Below, piece by piece: positions 20,196 to 31,604 of a stretch of 64,000 bases of DNA. The stretch lies in the IMG/VR virus record IMGVR_UViG_3300011991_000001, one strand, 5' to 3'. The stretch is from an uncultured virus (IMG/VR IMGVR_UViG_3300011991_000001). Taxonomy: Duplodnaviria; Heunggongvirae; Uroviricota; Caudoviricetes. Every line of letters starts with the position of its first letter. The stretch's first letter is position 1. The translations under genes were made by a program, and so were the position numbers. The notes under the pieces are model-generated. The model did not search any database, was not told the origin of the DNA, and was given only the letters and a program-made list of their open reading frames with translations.

Positions 20196-21834
20196 GCATA
20201 ATACTACATTTTTTATTAAAATATGCTATATTTCGCATGTTTTATGTAAATTAAACAACTCATTCATTCTACTAAATATCTATTTGCATAATCTCAAAGA
20301 ATCTCTTCTTTAATAAAGCATTCTCTTTATCCAACATAGCCATCTCAAGTATATGTAAATTAATCTTTTTAGAAATCATACTTCTATCTTTCAAAATCTG
20401 TCTTAACTCTTCCTGCTCATCTTCACTTACAATTTTCATTATGTATTACTCTCCTCTCCTTTAAACTTTGCATTTTAATCTAGGATTTCCTTATATAAAT
20501 TATGAATTTCTCCACTAATTTCATCTAGACTTCTGCTACAAGTTTTATAATCGGTGCAGAAAAAATCATAGTTTTCTTTGGCGTTTTCTTCATTGATGAA
20601 ATCAGGGTTTTGAACTGCCCACCCTAACATAGATACAATCTCTCCCAATTCTCTAATTCTATAAAATAGATCCTTTGACTTTTCAGGATTTAATGTTTTC
20701 ATACTAAGCTTCCCTTCTTTTGTAAATCACATGAATGCAATATTTTAATTGTTTAACTTATAAACTTCAAATATATTACTGCTACCATCGTCATAAATAA
20801 ACCTTGCCTTATTTATATATGTTTCTCCAAGATCCTTTACAACAACCTTTATACCGTTTATGTATGGAGTATATCCATGCTCTCCATCAATTGTATTAGC
20901 GCACATTATTACATCCTTCATAATTACAGTATATCCTTTTCTGGATACTTGAATTTCTACTGGTATTGGTGGCAACGAGTCTAACAAACCCATCATCTTT
21001 TTTAAATCATCAATTGATATACTATCTTTTGTACTCATATTATCCTCCTTTCTAACATCAAATACTTGATTGAAGCTGATTACCCAATACTAAAATTACA
21101 TAACCCTTTGACTTCTTCAGGCTCCTCAATCCGTTCATAAATCCCAAAAATATAATTAAACATATAAAACCATCTTTTTGCTAAACATGTCTGATGCAAA
21201 CCAGATTCTATGTATTCAATAACCGCATAATCATAAATCGTCTCATTAATATCGCAACAATTTTCTCTTACAGATTGATCTGCTTCTTTAAAAGTTTCTT
21301 TATACCCAAAGCACCTTGAATCCGTCACACCATAATCAACATTTAATTGCTCAATTCCAGTAATAAAAAACATTATATTGCCTCCTTTCTATCCACAGTT
21401 TTCAAATTCATTAACTTGATAAGGAACTAATTCACCGTCATACTGGATCTTATAAGCAATACCATTCTTATCAATTTCCACACAACAATCCATGCAATAG
21501 TACCCACTCCAGTCTATTTTGTTTACGTGTTTACTTCCACAATTCGGACATACATCAATAGTTTTTGTTTCTTTTGCCATTATAATCACTCCTAAATATT
21601 ATTTATTAGTCTATGTATAATTATACATTTTACTATAATTTAATTACATCATCCAATTCTTCTTCTATGTATTTTAGTAAAAATTCCTCGATAGTCATAT
21701 CTCCATTTATAGAATTAACTTCTATATTGCTTTCCTTTAATTTCTTAATTGCTAATTCAAGCCAACTTATATGATAATAACTCATGAAATCACCTCCTAA
21801 ATACTTCGAAATTAAAGTTTGATAGGATTTTACC

Positions 21835-22524
21835 CTATTTTGTATAATACTCCCATCTTAACGGTTCGCCAGTTTCTAAATTACCTGCAAATTTTTGTAG
21901 ATTCCTACAGCATTTAGATATATTACTTCTATCTACCCCATATTGCTTTCCTGCTTCTTTTTGAGTATTAAATATCTCACCAGTAGTTAAGCATTTTACT
22001 TGTTTACATACTCCTACGACTTTAGATGTCCTGCCATTTATCACACACATAGGACATATAAATCTGCGACCTCTATCTCTTAGTCTCATAAAATCTCTAA
22101 TCACTGTTTCTTTTTCATAACCACAATCAGGACATTTAATAAAACCCTTTACGTTTGATCCTGATGAATATTTTAATGTATCTTCTTCGTTTACAAAATA
22201 TTTAACTAAATAGGGATGGGTTATGGCTATTGTTTCAAATGTACTTGACCTATCCCCATGACCATTATTAACACATGCACAGTCATGACAATAGCATCCT
22301 CCTTTTTTATACATACGCTTTTTATAATCCTTCCATATCATAGGCTTTAGCATCTCTCCACAACTATCACATAGAACATTTACTATTGCTCTAGAACCAA
22401 CAGATAAATCGTCTATATTGACTTCAAATTCATCATTCCATTTGGTAAAACTATAACCTTTAAATTCATACCATTTTTTATTTTTACGACTCCATCTAAC
22501 TTTTACAAATTTAGTTAATAACAT
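21835..22524 (-). CDS. zinc-ribbon + NUMOD1-like protein, nuclease-less paralogue of 13774-15312
   Basis: Same N-terminus (KGY.FTK..DEFE), KCPDCGY and TTGEIFN.QKEA tail; lacks the YDF/ETHG segment. Confidence 0.75.
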   Translation of the reverse strand: MLLTKFVKVRWSRKNKKWYEFKGYSFTKWNDEFEVNIDDLSVGSRAIVNVLCDSCGEMLKPMIWKDYKKRMYKKGGCYCHDCACVNNGHGDRSSTFETIAITHPYLVKYFVNEEDTLKYSSGSNVKGFIKCPDCGYEKETVIRDFMRLRDRGRRFICPMCVINGRTSKVVGVCKQVKCLTTGEIFNTQKEAGKQYGVDRSNISKCCRNLQKFAGNLETGEPLRWEYYTK

Positions 22525-22604
22525 TTTTACACCACCCTTTAGTATATCATCTCCTATATTTATTATATCATACGATACTATATTGCCAGAATAAAATCTT
22601 GAAT

Positions 22605-23030
22605 TTAAGCCATGCTACTATATACTTTTGCTTCAATCTTACTAGCAATATTATCTCTTGCCTCCATATACTTGAAACCATATTCTTCATACTTTACATT
22701 CATCTTCTTTAAGTAATCACCGATTTCTTTATATGATTTATTTTTGAGTTCATCATTCGGCATATCATAATAAATTGTATAATCACTTGTTGTGCCACTA
22801 ACCTGAGACCAACTAACTAAAACATTTTCTTGAGTATTCAACACATTAATTAGGTAACCATAAATTTCATCTCTTATGCTACCACATACTGAATCAATAT
22901 CACAATCATCATATGGACTAAATACAATTAGATTATTATTATCTGGCTCATGGAAAACAGAATACTTTCTCTTATTGTCCATCTTATAAAGTTCATGTTT
23001 AAGATTTCTTAGATATAATAATTTATTCAT
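22605..23030 (-). CDS. hypothetical protein (cassette)
   Basis: ORF between junction sites 22592 and 23095. Confidence 0.6.
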   Translation of the reverse strand: MNKLLYLRNLKHELYKMDNKRKYSVFHEPDNNNLIVFSPYDDCDIDSVCGSIRDEIYGYLINVLNTQENVLVSWSQVSGTTSDYTIYYDMPNDELKNKSYKEIGDYLKKMNVKYEEYGFKYMEARDNIASKIEAKVYSSMA

Positions 23031-23107
23031 TTTCTATCTCCTTCATACTTCTATTTACTCGACTATGCTTCCATATGCTAATATACAAACACGTTAAAAT
23101 CTTAGTT

Positions 23108-23626
23108 TTATTCTTCCAATTCACTTTCTTCTTCCCAATTCATAATTTCTTTAATTATCTTACTATTATCATTCATAAAATCTGTTACAAATTTATCTAT
23201 TAAACCATCATACCTACCATCAGCTAAAATTTCCATTATATAATTAATATCATTTAATGAAAAAGCATCTACTAGGCTAACATCACTTTCTTTAAGGTAA
23301 TCATTATAATAATGCCTTTCTTTTATTAAATAAGCTAAATCCCTAATCAAATTAAACTGTTTATCTTCCATCTCCTCCATATCTTCTTCTTTTTTATCAA
23401 CTAGCAAATGTATTGTATCGTTGAAAATATTATAATAATCTCCAGATAACCCCATAGCTGGTAGTTGTTCTTTCAGGCTAAATAAGTTATTAATCCTGTA
23501 TGATAACACATCTAATTTTTTTTCATAAATAACTATTCTTCTAGGAGTATGTTCTTTACCTAAAATAGATAATATTTTATGAATTTGTTCATTTGTCATG
23601 TAATTTTCTTTGTTAACAATGTCCAT
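23108..23626 (-). CDS. hypothetical protein (cassette)
   Basis: ORF between junction sites 23095 and 23687; RBS GGAGG. Confidence 0.6.
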   Translation of the reverse strand: MDIVNKENYMTNEQIHKILSILGKEHTPRRIVIYEKKLDVLSYRINNLFSLKEQLPAMGLSGDYYNIFNDTIHLLVDKKEEDMEEMEDKQFNLIRDLAYLIKERHYYNDYLKESDVSLVDAFSLNDINYIMEILADGRYDGLIDKFVTDFMNDNSKIIKEIMNWEEESELEE

Positions 23627-24250
23627 ATAAACAACCTCCTCAAATTACTTATACTATTCTATCCATAAAAATATTTTTTATTCCCTTAAAACCACATATT
23701 CGAGTGCTATTAACTAAATAAATCATTACCATCAATAAGTACAAAATCTAAATATTTCATACACTTTTCTTTAATCGAATCAATAGTATCTCTCGATTCA
23801 TCTGTAGTACCTTGTTTTAAGATTTCTAACTCACTTTCTGGTTTCATTTTAACGTTTCTTGGCGAATCATTATAAATAGTGTAGTGATAGATTTTTCTAT
23901 TACTAATACGCATATCCTGATCTATTTTAACAGCTCTTCCTTCATACATAAATAACACTTTAGTTTTCTCCTTTCTAACACTTCAAATTCACGGCTCATA
24001 TGTTAAAAACAATTATTTAATTCGTTCATAACGGTATTCACATTGTGGGTAAACTTTTTGCATTGCTTCAATAATTGAGTCTACATCTCTACCACTATTT
24101 GATATACAAATTGTTCTCCATTCACCTAATTCATGATTTTTATAAATTAAAGCAGATTGAATTAAATACATTTTTATTACCTCCATTATACTTCCATATA
24201 CTCTATAATGCTTCCATTTCCTAGCCCATAAATCCCTTGAAATCCGTCTT

Positions 24251-24835
24251 TTAAGCTAGCTTATTATACAATACACCATTGTAATCAATTAACGCCTTCT
24301 CCATTGCGGAAATAGATTTACTAATATTTATAGCATTACTATCTAAAACCTGTTGACATGCCAAAGCTAATTTACTCGCTAACTGTAGTAATTCTTTCTG
24401 ATCTAATGCATCTGGATTAAGAATATAGTCTGTGCTAACATTAAATACTTGTGCAAATATATTAATATCATTACTATTAATTTCCGTTGTAAATCCTCTC
24501 TCAATGTTGGATATTTTTTGTACAGTGAATTTGCTCTTATCTGCAAGCTCTTTTTGAAGCCACCCTTTCCCAAACCTTAGTTGTCTTATTCTATCTCCAA
24601 TTTCAGACTCTTTATTAGGTACTACATCTCCTTCACCACGCATTATATAATCAACAGATACCTTTAAGACTATCGCTAGTTTAGATACTCCCTCTATGTC
24701 AACAGGGGTATATCCTCTTTCCCAATTTGAAAGAACTTGCCTAGATACACCAATATATTTTGCTAATTCGCCTTGCTTGAAATCATTATCATCACGTAAA
24801 TCTCGTATGCGCTCTCCGATTGATTTAGTCACCAA
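24251..24835 (-). CDS. tandem double XRE-HTH regulator
   Basis: Two repeats IG.RIR.LR...Q.ELA......SN.ERG...VS.DYI. Confidence 0.9.
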   Translation of the reverse strand: MVTKSIGERIRDLRDDNDFKQGELAKYIGVSRQVLSNWERGYTPVDIEGVSKLAIVLKVSVDYIMRGEGDVVPNKESEIGDRIRQLRFGKGWLQKELADKSKFTVQKISNIERGFTTEINSNDINIFAQVFNVSTDYILNPDALDQKELLQLASKLALACQQVLDSNAINISKSISAMEKALIDYNGVLYNKLA

Positions 24836-26112
24836 CGTACCTCCTTTTTCTATTCCCTTTTGGTTATTAAAAACAAATTTGCTCTTCTTTCCCTTTCCTC
24901 TTCTGCGTCAACTTCATCCGCCAACCTAAATATCTCTTCTATGCCTTCTGGTGTGAGTGATAATAAGTCTTCCCTTGTTCCGAATAAATTGTATTCTGTG
25001 CGCCATTTTTCAAGCCTTAGCATTCTTATCCTACCTCCTTAATAATATCTTCCAGTTCTTCAATGATACTCTTAATCCTCATAATTGCCACATGTGGAAT
25101 TCTACTGTATGAGTCCGTAGCCATCTCTAAGAATTTAACTGCTTCAAGTAATAATGTAGTATCTGTTTCTTTACTCATTATACCATATCCCCTTCCAATT
25201 TTAAAGTGCTTAAATAAAATTATTTATATGTTATTATATGCAAGAAAAATGGTAAAGATACCAATAAACCTAAACTTTCGAAGGTTTCCTATTGAATAGC
25301 TCCACAATCATTACAAATCGTAATAAATTTTCCATCTTCCTCAGTATCAAACAATTCTTTTGACTTACATTTTTTACAATGTAAATTATCATTGAGAGTT
25401 AAGCAGTCTGGACTTTCGCATCCTAGTGGGAATTGTTTGCAACCTTTGCATTCACACATCATGCCACCTCCAATTGTCTTACAAGACATGTTAGTTCATT
25501 TGCAGTTGACCAACTCATACCTGAGACAATTTTGCTTGCATTTATAGCTTGGAGTAATTGATTAATAATTTGCTCTTTACTCATAGTATGTTATCCTTCT
25601 TTCTTAATTTAATCCTTATATACATAATACTACTTTCAGTAATAAAATACAATAGGTAAAACAAAATTATTTATTATCCAAACAAATATTAATCGTGTAT
25701 TTATTGTTTGACAATGAACCGATAACCCGATATTCTGAATATAGAGAAAGATAGAGATAGTAGAAGGAAACAGTAGTAGCTCACTGAAAGAAAAGCGTCA
25801 TAAAGGCATCAAAAGGGTTTGACACACAACATATAGTACAATACAATTATAACATACCTAGATGTTGTGTGAGGGCCTGTGCGTAGAAAATTAGAGAGGA
25901 GTTAATAAATTAAAAAGATAGGTGCAATGATAGATGGTTTATACTTATAGAAGATCAAAAAAAATGCCTCCCAACAAGGAAGACATATGGAAGATGTTTC
26001 TGTCAAGACTTAGCATATCACAACTTGGAGTCAATTAGAACACCAGTGTAGTATGTATTTTCTTCCAAGTGTTTATCCTCAGTTGGTGAGAGCCTAAGAG
26101 GAGTGTTAGTTT

Positions 26113-26403
26113 TTGGTTAATGAGAAAAGAAATGTTTGGGTTATTTTGGATTCAAAAGGTAATTATTCTGGAGGAATCAGAAGAATTGAGAATGAGGATA
26201 TTTATATTAGCTGGAAATCATTTGGGCCTGAGTGCAGAGCATATCTTAATTTAGAAAAAGCTACTAATGTGATATGGGATCTAAGAGCTTCTAGTAATGC
26301 TGTGGGGCTTGATGAAACATTTTATTTGGATTATGTTGTGCTAGAGGATATCATAGCAGAGCACAAGGATTCTTCTGGAGTAGATTTAGTTATGGCTTCA
26401 TAA
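26113..26403 (+). CDS. hypothetical protein in a counter-oriented, independently transcribed unit
   Basis: RBS GAGGAG; promoters TTGACA-17-TATTCT (25708) and TTGACA-17-TACAAT (25819); terminator 26417-26446; paralogue of 15447-15854. Confidence 0.7.
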   Translation: MVNEKRNVWVILDSKGNYSGGIRRIENEDIYISWKSFGPECRAYLNLEKATNVIWDLRASSNAVGLDETFYLDYVVLEDIIAEHKDSSGVDLVMAS

Positions 26404-26740
26404 TAATTATATATTTAAGGGGTGTAATTTTGTTTACATCCCTTTTGGTATTCATTTAAATGTATTATTTCGAGGGAGAATTACTCGTTAGGTAATTCTC
26501 TTATTTGCTTTCCTAATTTCCTCAGACAATCGTTGCACAGAGTAATGACCATTCTGTGCCCTCCTTCGTCATGCAATCCAACTGATAATGTTAATTCTGC
26601 TTCCATATTACATGAATTGCAACTGTTAGACATATCTACTTTTTTGATCTCTATCATATTTAAAACCTCTTTCTTGTTTTATTCCTTGACACAATTATAC
26701 ACCTATTACAATAATAACGCAACAGGTGTTAATAAATTAT

Positions 26741-27643
26741 TTATAAGTTAAATATTCTGTTTTTTGCAATATTTATGTATTCAGGATTTAATTCTATACC
26801 TATGTAATTCCTGTTTAATCCTTTAGCCACTACAGCAGTTGTACCACTTCCCATGAATATATCCATCACTATCCCATTTTCAGGGCATCCTGCCTTAACT
26901 GGTGTCTTTACTAACTCTTCTGGAAACACTGCAAAGTGAGCTTCCTTTAAAGGTTGGGTATTTATTGACCACATTGACCTTTTATTTCTTTCAGTATATA
27001 AAGTAACAGTATCCTTATTATCTCCGCACATCGCACTTTGAAATTTAGTTCTTGTTTTACTACTACCACGCTTTCCAAAATAGCTATCTTTTACAGGTTC
27101 TTTTTGTTGTTCAAAGTAATACTTTTTATTCTTGGTGAAAAAGAATAATCTTTCATAATCTACAGTAAATCTGTCTTTAACACTCGATGGCATTGCATTA
27201 GGTTTATGCCAAATAATATCATTTCTACAAATCCAACCTCTGTCTATCATTTGGATTTTGAATCTGTCGGGGATACAACATAAACTTTTATTAGGAACAA
27301 TGTCGTTTGTTTTTCCTCCTGCATATGTATCACCTAAATTAACCCAACAAGTACCATCCTCAGTAAGAACTCTTTTAACTTCATCAAAGATATCACATAG
27401 ATGTTTTATGTATAAATTAAATGTTGGTTCTGAACCTAATTCTCCTCTCCATACATCACAACCTTCTTCTTCATCCCAAATTTGTGGATCTGTATTATAA
27501 TTTCTTAATCCCCAATATGGAGGGCTAGTAATAACCATGTTTATTGTATTGTCTGGAATCTTCTTCAGTTCGTCTAATACATTACCTTGTACAATTGTAT
27601 TTGTAATATCATTAATATTATATATATTAATTCCTTCTCTCAT
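26741..27643 (-). CDS. orphan amino-DNA methyltransferase (beta class, probably N4-C)
   Basis: TSPPY, HFAVFP, DIFMGSGTT. Confidence 0.9.
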   Translation of the reverse strand: MREGINIYNINDITNTIVQGNVLDELKKIPDNTINMVITSPPYWGLRNYNTDPQIWDEEEGCDVWRGELGSEPTFNLYIKHLCDIFDEVKRVLTEDGTCWVNLGDTYAGGKTNDIVPNKSLCCIPDRFKIQMIDRGWICRNDIIWHKPNAMPSSVKDRFTVDYERLFFFTKNKKYYFEQQKEPVKDSYFGKRGSSKTRTKFQSAMCGDNKDTVTLYTERNKRSMWSINTQPLKEAHFAVFPEELVKTPVKAGCPENGIVMDIFMGSGTTAVVAKGLNRNYIGIELNPEYINIAKNRIFNL

Positions 27644-27862
27644 ATATTATTCTTCGTCTTCATTACTATAGAAATCAGCACTTGCATTGCAATTAGTACA
27701 GTTTAGAGTAGCTACAATGCCCTCTCCTTCTAACAATAAGTCTTCATATGTAGAATCGCCACACCAAACCATAGGTGCGCCACAGAACCAACAATTAGTC
27801 ATTTAATCCACCTCCTTGGATAAATTTATGTCAGGACATTATTTTCTATCGCGACACCCTTA

Positions 27863-27950
27863 TTGCATTGTAAGCTAAAATATGATAGACTTAAATTCGG
27901 GAACAAAAGTAGCCTTTTTCTTGCAAGAGGGGGACTACTTCTGTTCCTTT
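27863..27950 (+). ncRNA. candidate hairpin sRNA with own promoter
   Basis: TTGCAT-17-TAGACT (TGn) then GGAACA-AAAGTAG-CCTTTTTCTT-GC-AAGAGGGGG-ACTACTT-C-TGTTCC-TTT; no ORF. Confidence 0.45.
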
Positions 27951-28742
27951 AAACTGCTTCTCCTTTAAATGAATTCTTTGTCATCACATATACATTTTGT
28001 GATCTCTCTTTTAAACTATTGCTGATCTGAACAAAACCAAATTGGGAATCCTTCTTTGTATGTACAACTAGGGTTATCACAATTCTCACATGGAAACCAG
28101 TAAGTATCTTGCTCCGTTTGATATTTAGCAAAATTATACCATTGCTCAAGTTGTTCTTTTGTATTATAAATTCCTTTGCTATCCAAAAATTCTTTAATTT
28201 CTGATGTTAATTGTTTGTCTTCCATAATAAATCCCCTCCTCCCTTAAAATATGATTTTTATCGTGGGGTATTATTTTAGTAACGGGCATACAACTTCATT
28301 GCAATTTCCCCAACTACAACCTTTAGGATGATTTTTTTCATGTCTGCAAGTATCAACTGTTATATTTTCTTCAAAACCGTATTCTTTGCATTTGCATATG
28401 TTTTGTATAAAATCAAAATATACCTTGTATGTAATCATTATTTATCCCTCCTTTAAAAGAACAGTTTCCTTGGTGAGCATAAATTTATTTTCGCACTCAC
28501 GCCTCTTTATTCACACTCTGGACATTTAATTGTTCTTGTAGAAAAATCATATTCAATTTTATTGTCCCTTAATGCCTTTAAGTAACCCTCAATTAATTCA
28601 TTAATATTATCATAATAATCGCCACAAAGTAATTCAGTGCCATCTTCTTTTACTAATTTTCTGTATTCACAATTGCAACTTGCATATTCTTTAATTAATA
28701 TCATGTTTATTATTTCTCCTTTCTTTAAGAATAATTTACCTT

Positions 28743-28856
28743 TTGAATAAACCAATTAACTATGATATACTCAACATGTAGTTAATTCTACAAACATTTG
28801 GGGTTTGGTGACCTCCTATGGGGAGGAAGATCATAAGAAATTATGGTCTTTTTTCT
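28743..28856 (+). ncRNA. candidate ~78-nt sRNA with promoter and terminator
   Basis: TTGAAT-17-TATACT (TGn); hairpins TGTAG..CTACA and CCTCC-TATGG-GGAGG; terminator AAGATCATAA-GAAA-TTATGGTCTT-TTTT. Confidence 0.55.
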
Positions 28857-29419
28857 TTGTCCAATCAATGAATCCATTTATGTTAGTCTATCCAAATAAA
28901 TTGACCACAATGAGGACATAGCATTGTATCCTTTTCCCCATATTGATTAATTCCATTGCATTTGTCGCATGGATAATCATTACCATTATTACCTTGGTTT
29001 TCAAATCTACAGCTTACACAATTCTCATATTTCATAATAAACTCCTCCTTCCTTCACCCTTCGAAAGATGTATTTCTTGGGGTCAGATTATATTTCCAAC
29101 CTTAATATCGTCCTTATGTTCTTCTTCAATTTTTACTAATAAATCATGTTGCTCAATTAGTTTTTGTTTAATCAAATATTTATTATTTTCCTTTGAATTC
29201 GGAATATCAATGCTTACGCTCATATTATCTTGAATACATTTTGCAGTTATATTAGTTTTTCCATTCATTCTTCTTTCTGAATATATATTAGTTACCTCAA
29301 ATGTTAATTCTTCCATTACTGATTTACTTCCTTTCTTATACCAATAGTCTAAACTGCTACTATACATTATTTATTCCTCCTTTATATCCTATCAAAGTGA
29401 CGTTTGAATGGGTAAACAT

Positions 29420-29779
29420 TTACATCTTATTAATTATCTTCATCATAGCCTTGTATGGCTCTGTATTATACCAAAGTTGGTCAGATGAAAACCCACCATA
29501 CTTCTTTTGATTTAGCGACTTTTTCACATCGGTAAAGGCTTCTTTTATATTTAGGATACCTGTCATTAAAACAATCACAGGAAATAATAAGACTGCAAGA
29601 AAGATCAATGGCATCTTTACAAATCTGTGCATTATAATTTCTTTATCATCATAGTAATACTCGTACTTATCGCGCCAAGTTATTTTCCTATGCTTGAATA
29701 TACTATTGTGTTGCTTCTTGGATATTTTAAATTTAATAAGTCCTCTATCTCTTGGATCTTTATATATGTATTCACTCAT
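29420..29779 (-). CDS. membrane-anchored hypothetical protein (cassette)
   Basis: One TM; bounded by sites 29392 and 29812. Confidence 0.6.
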   Translation of the reverse strand: MSEYIYKDPRDRGLIKFKISKKQHNSIFKHRKITWRDKYEYYYDDKEIIMHRFVKMPLIFLAVLLFPVIVLMTGILNIKEAFTDVKKSLNQKKYGGFSSDQLWYNTEPYKAMMKIINKM

Positions 29780-31031
29780 ATTAATCCTTCTTTCTTCTTT
29801 CTATCCATCCATTAAAGTCGGTGTTTTATTTCCTAATACATTTTTTCAATTCACAGTATATACTAACTGCAAATTCTTCGCTTTTAAATTTAGAATGTTC
29901 GCATCTATAATCTGGATATCTAGGACAGGGTAAACATTCCCATGTGATTTTTAATGGTTTACTCTCTGGTGGATTGACAATATAAATTAGAGTATTATCA
30001 AAAACTAGTTCATCTTTCAAGACGTTCCTCCTTTCATAACATAAAATTAACATTTGAAAGTATTGTCTTTAACTTCTTCCTAGAATTTTATAGTTGCCAC
30101 AATTAATATAAATCCAATTGCCACTGTGCCTACGATCCAAGGTAAATATTGATAAAGCCAATCGTCTTTTAAATATTCTTGTTCTGCAATTTGTTCTTCA
30201 TATATTCCAAATACATAATCTTCTATGTTGCTTATGTTTTGTTTAAAATTACCTCTTGTCATTATGTAATTTCTCCTTTCTTATAAAATAAAATCAGCAA
30301 TTGATCTTATCACTCTTTAGATAACCTCTTAATACATTGCAGTATTAGAATTTAAGCTCCACATCATGACAGCTATGGCAAAAGGTATGAGCAATAAAAT
30401 TATTACAACCTTATACATTTCTTTTCTGTCCTTAGGACTGTTGCGCTTACGCCAACCGAAGAAAAGATAAATATTGTATGGTATAAATGCTATTACGAAG
30501 GCAAATTCATTTTTTAATATGAAGGTAAGTATTATCATAAGTGCAATTGTACCGACAGAACCAAATATAAATAACTTCTTATCTTTATCCCATTTATTCA
30601 TCATCTGCACCTAACCTTCCTAGCTCATTTCTCTAACACTTTGTATAAACAATAGAAAACAAACACAAAGGATAATATTGCACCCATCAGGTAATAACCA
30701 AATGAGGCAAAGAATACGAATACGAAGAAAGTCCCCATAAAAATACCCAACCAATCACCTAGTCCATTATTATTCTTAGTCACCCCTTATTAACCTCCTC
30801 TTTATTAGTCTTCAATTTTACATCAATATAATCCCAAACTATAACCAACGCTCCAATATCAATAAACATCCTTGGTAAATTCCATTGTATATAATCAATA
30901 CAAGCAGTCCAGAAAAGTGAAAATAGAATCGAACCAATTATGAAGCTCCTTAACCCATCCCATATTCTAAGCAGAAATCTTTTTCTGTCATCCGATTTTT
31001 CACTCATGATAATTCCTCCTTCTTAAAAATC

Positions 31032-31604
31032 TTAAAATAATGAGAAATCCATAATCCTTTCATTATCTCTTTCTTCTGTGAGATGTAGATATTTCAATGT
31101 CATTGCTTCGCTACTATGGTTTAATAATCTCATAATCAAACTCAAATCTTTAGTTTTCTCATACAATCCACGGGCATAAGATTTTCTCCATGAATGAGCT
31201 GCGCAGTTCTTTAAACCAACCTTCTCAGTAGCTTCTTTAAAAATACGATGGGCTTGCATTCGAGATATTGGTCTGCTGTTACCATCTTTATCTTTGTCTC
31301 TTGCTTCAAACAAGAAATCATTATCTTCCATGTCCTTAGTGTATTCGTTAATGGTATCTTTTAGAAAAATATTCATAGGGAAATGTTTATGCTTTTTTGT
31401 TTTCATTTCAATAATCTCAAGAAATTCTTTATTCCTAACCATACCTACTGTAATAGTTAATGCATCTGAGATCCGAAGTGCTGTATTTAATAGAAGCAAT
31501 AATAAGAATTCATTCCTATCACCAAATGTTCCATGATGTATTGATTTTCTGATATTTGCTATTTGGTTTTGTTCTACTGGATAAACCTTTTTCATCTGAA
31601 TCAC
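31032..31604 (-). CDS. minimal tyrosine recombinase (catalytic domain only)
   Basis: Catalytic set intact: LRISD, KTKK, HSWRK, LNHSS, TLKY. Confidence 0.92.
   Translation of the reverse strand: MIQMKKVYPVEQNQIANIRKSIHHGTFGDRNEFLLLLLLNTALRISDALTITVGMVRNKEFLEIIEMKTKKHKHFPMNIFLKDTINEYTKDMEDNDFLFEARDKDKDGNSRPISRMQAHRIFKEATEKVGLKNCAAHSWRKSYARGLYEKTKDLSLIMRLLNHSSEAMTLKYLHLTEERDNERIMDFSLF

Larger units (their letters stand above)
20461..30304. repeat. Array 2 of degenerate palindromic gene-junction sites
   Basis: Sites start at 20461, 20732, 21058, 21807, 22592, 23095, 23687, 24238, 26456, 28245, 28454, 29062, 29392, 29812, 30042, 30289. Confidence 0.75.

Noticed and set aside
20270..20438. Small ORF as MazE antitoxin
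   Set aside because: Separated from mazF by a promoter and a junction site; no RHH/AbrB signature
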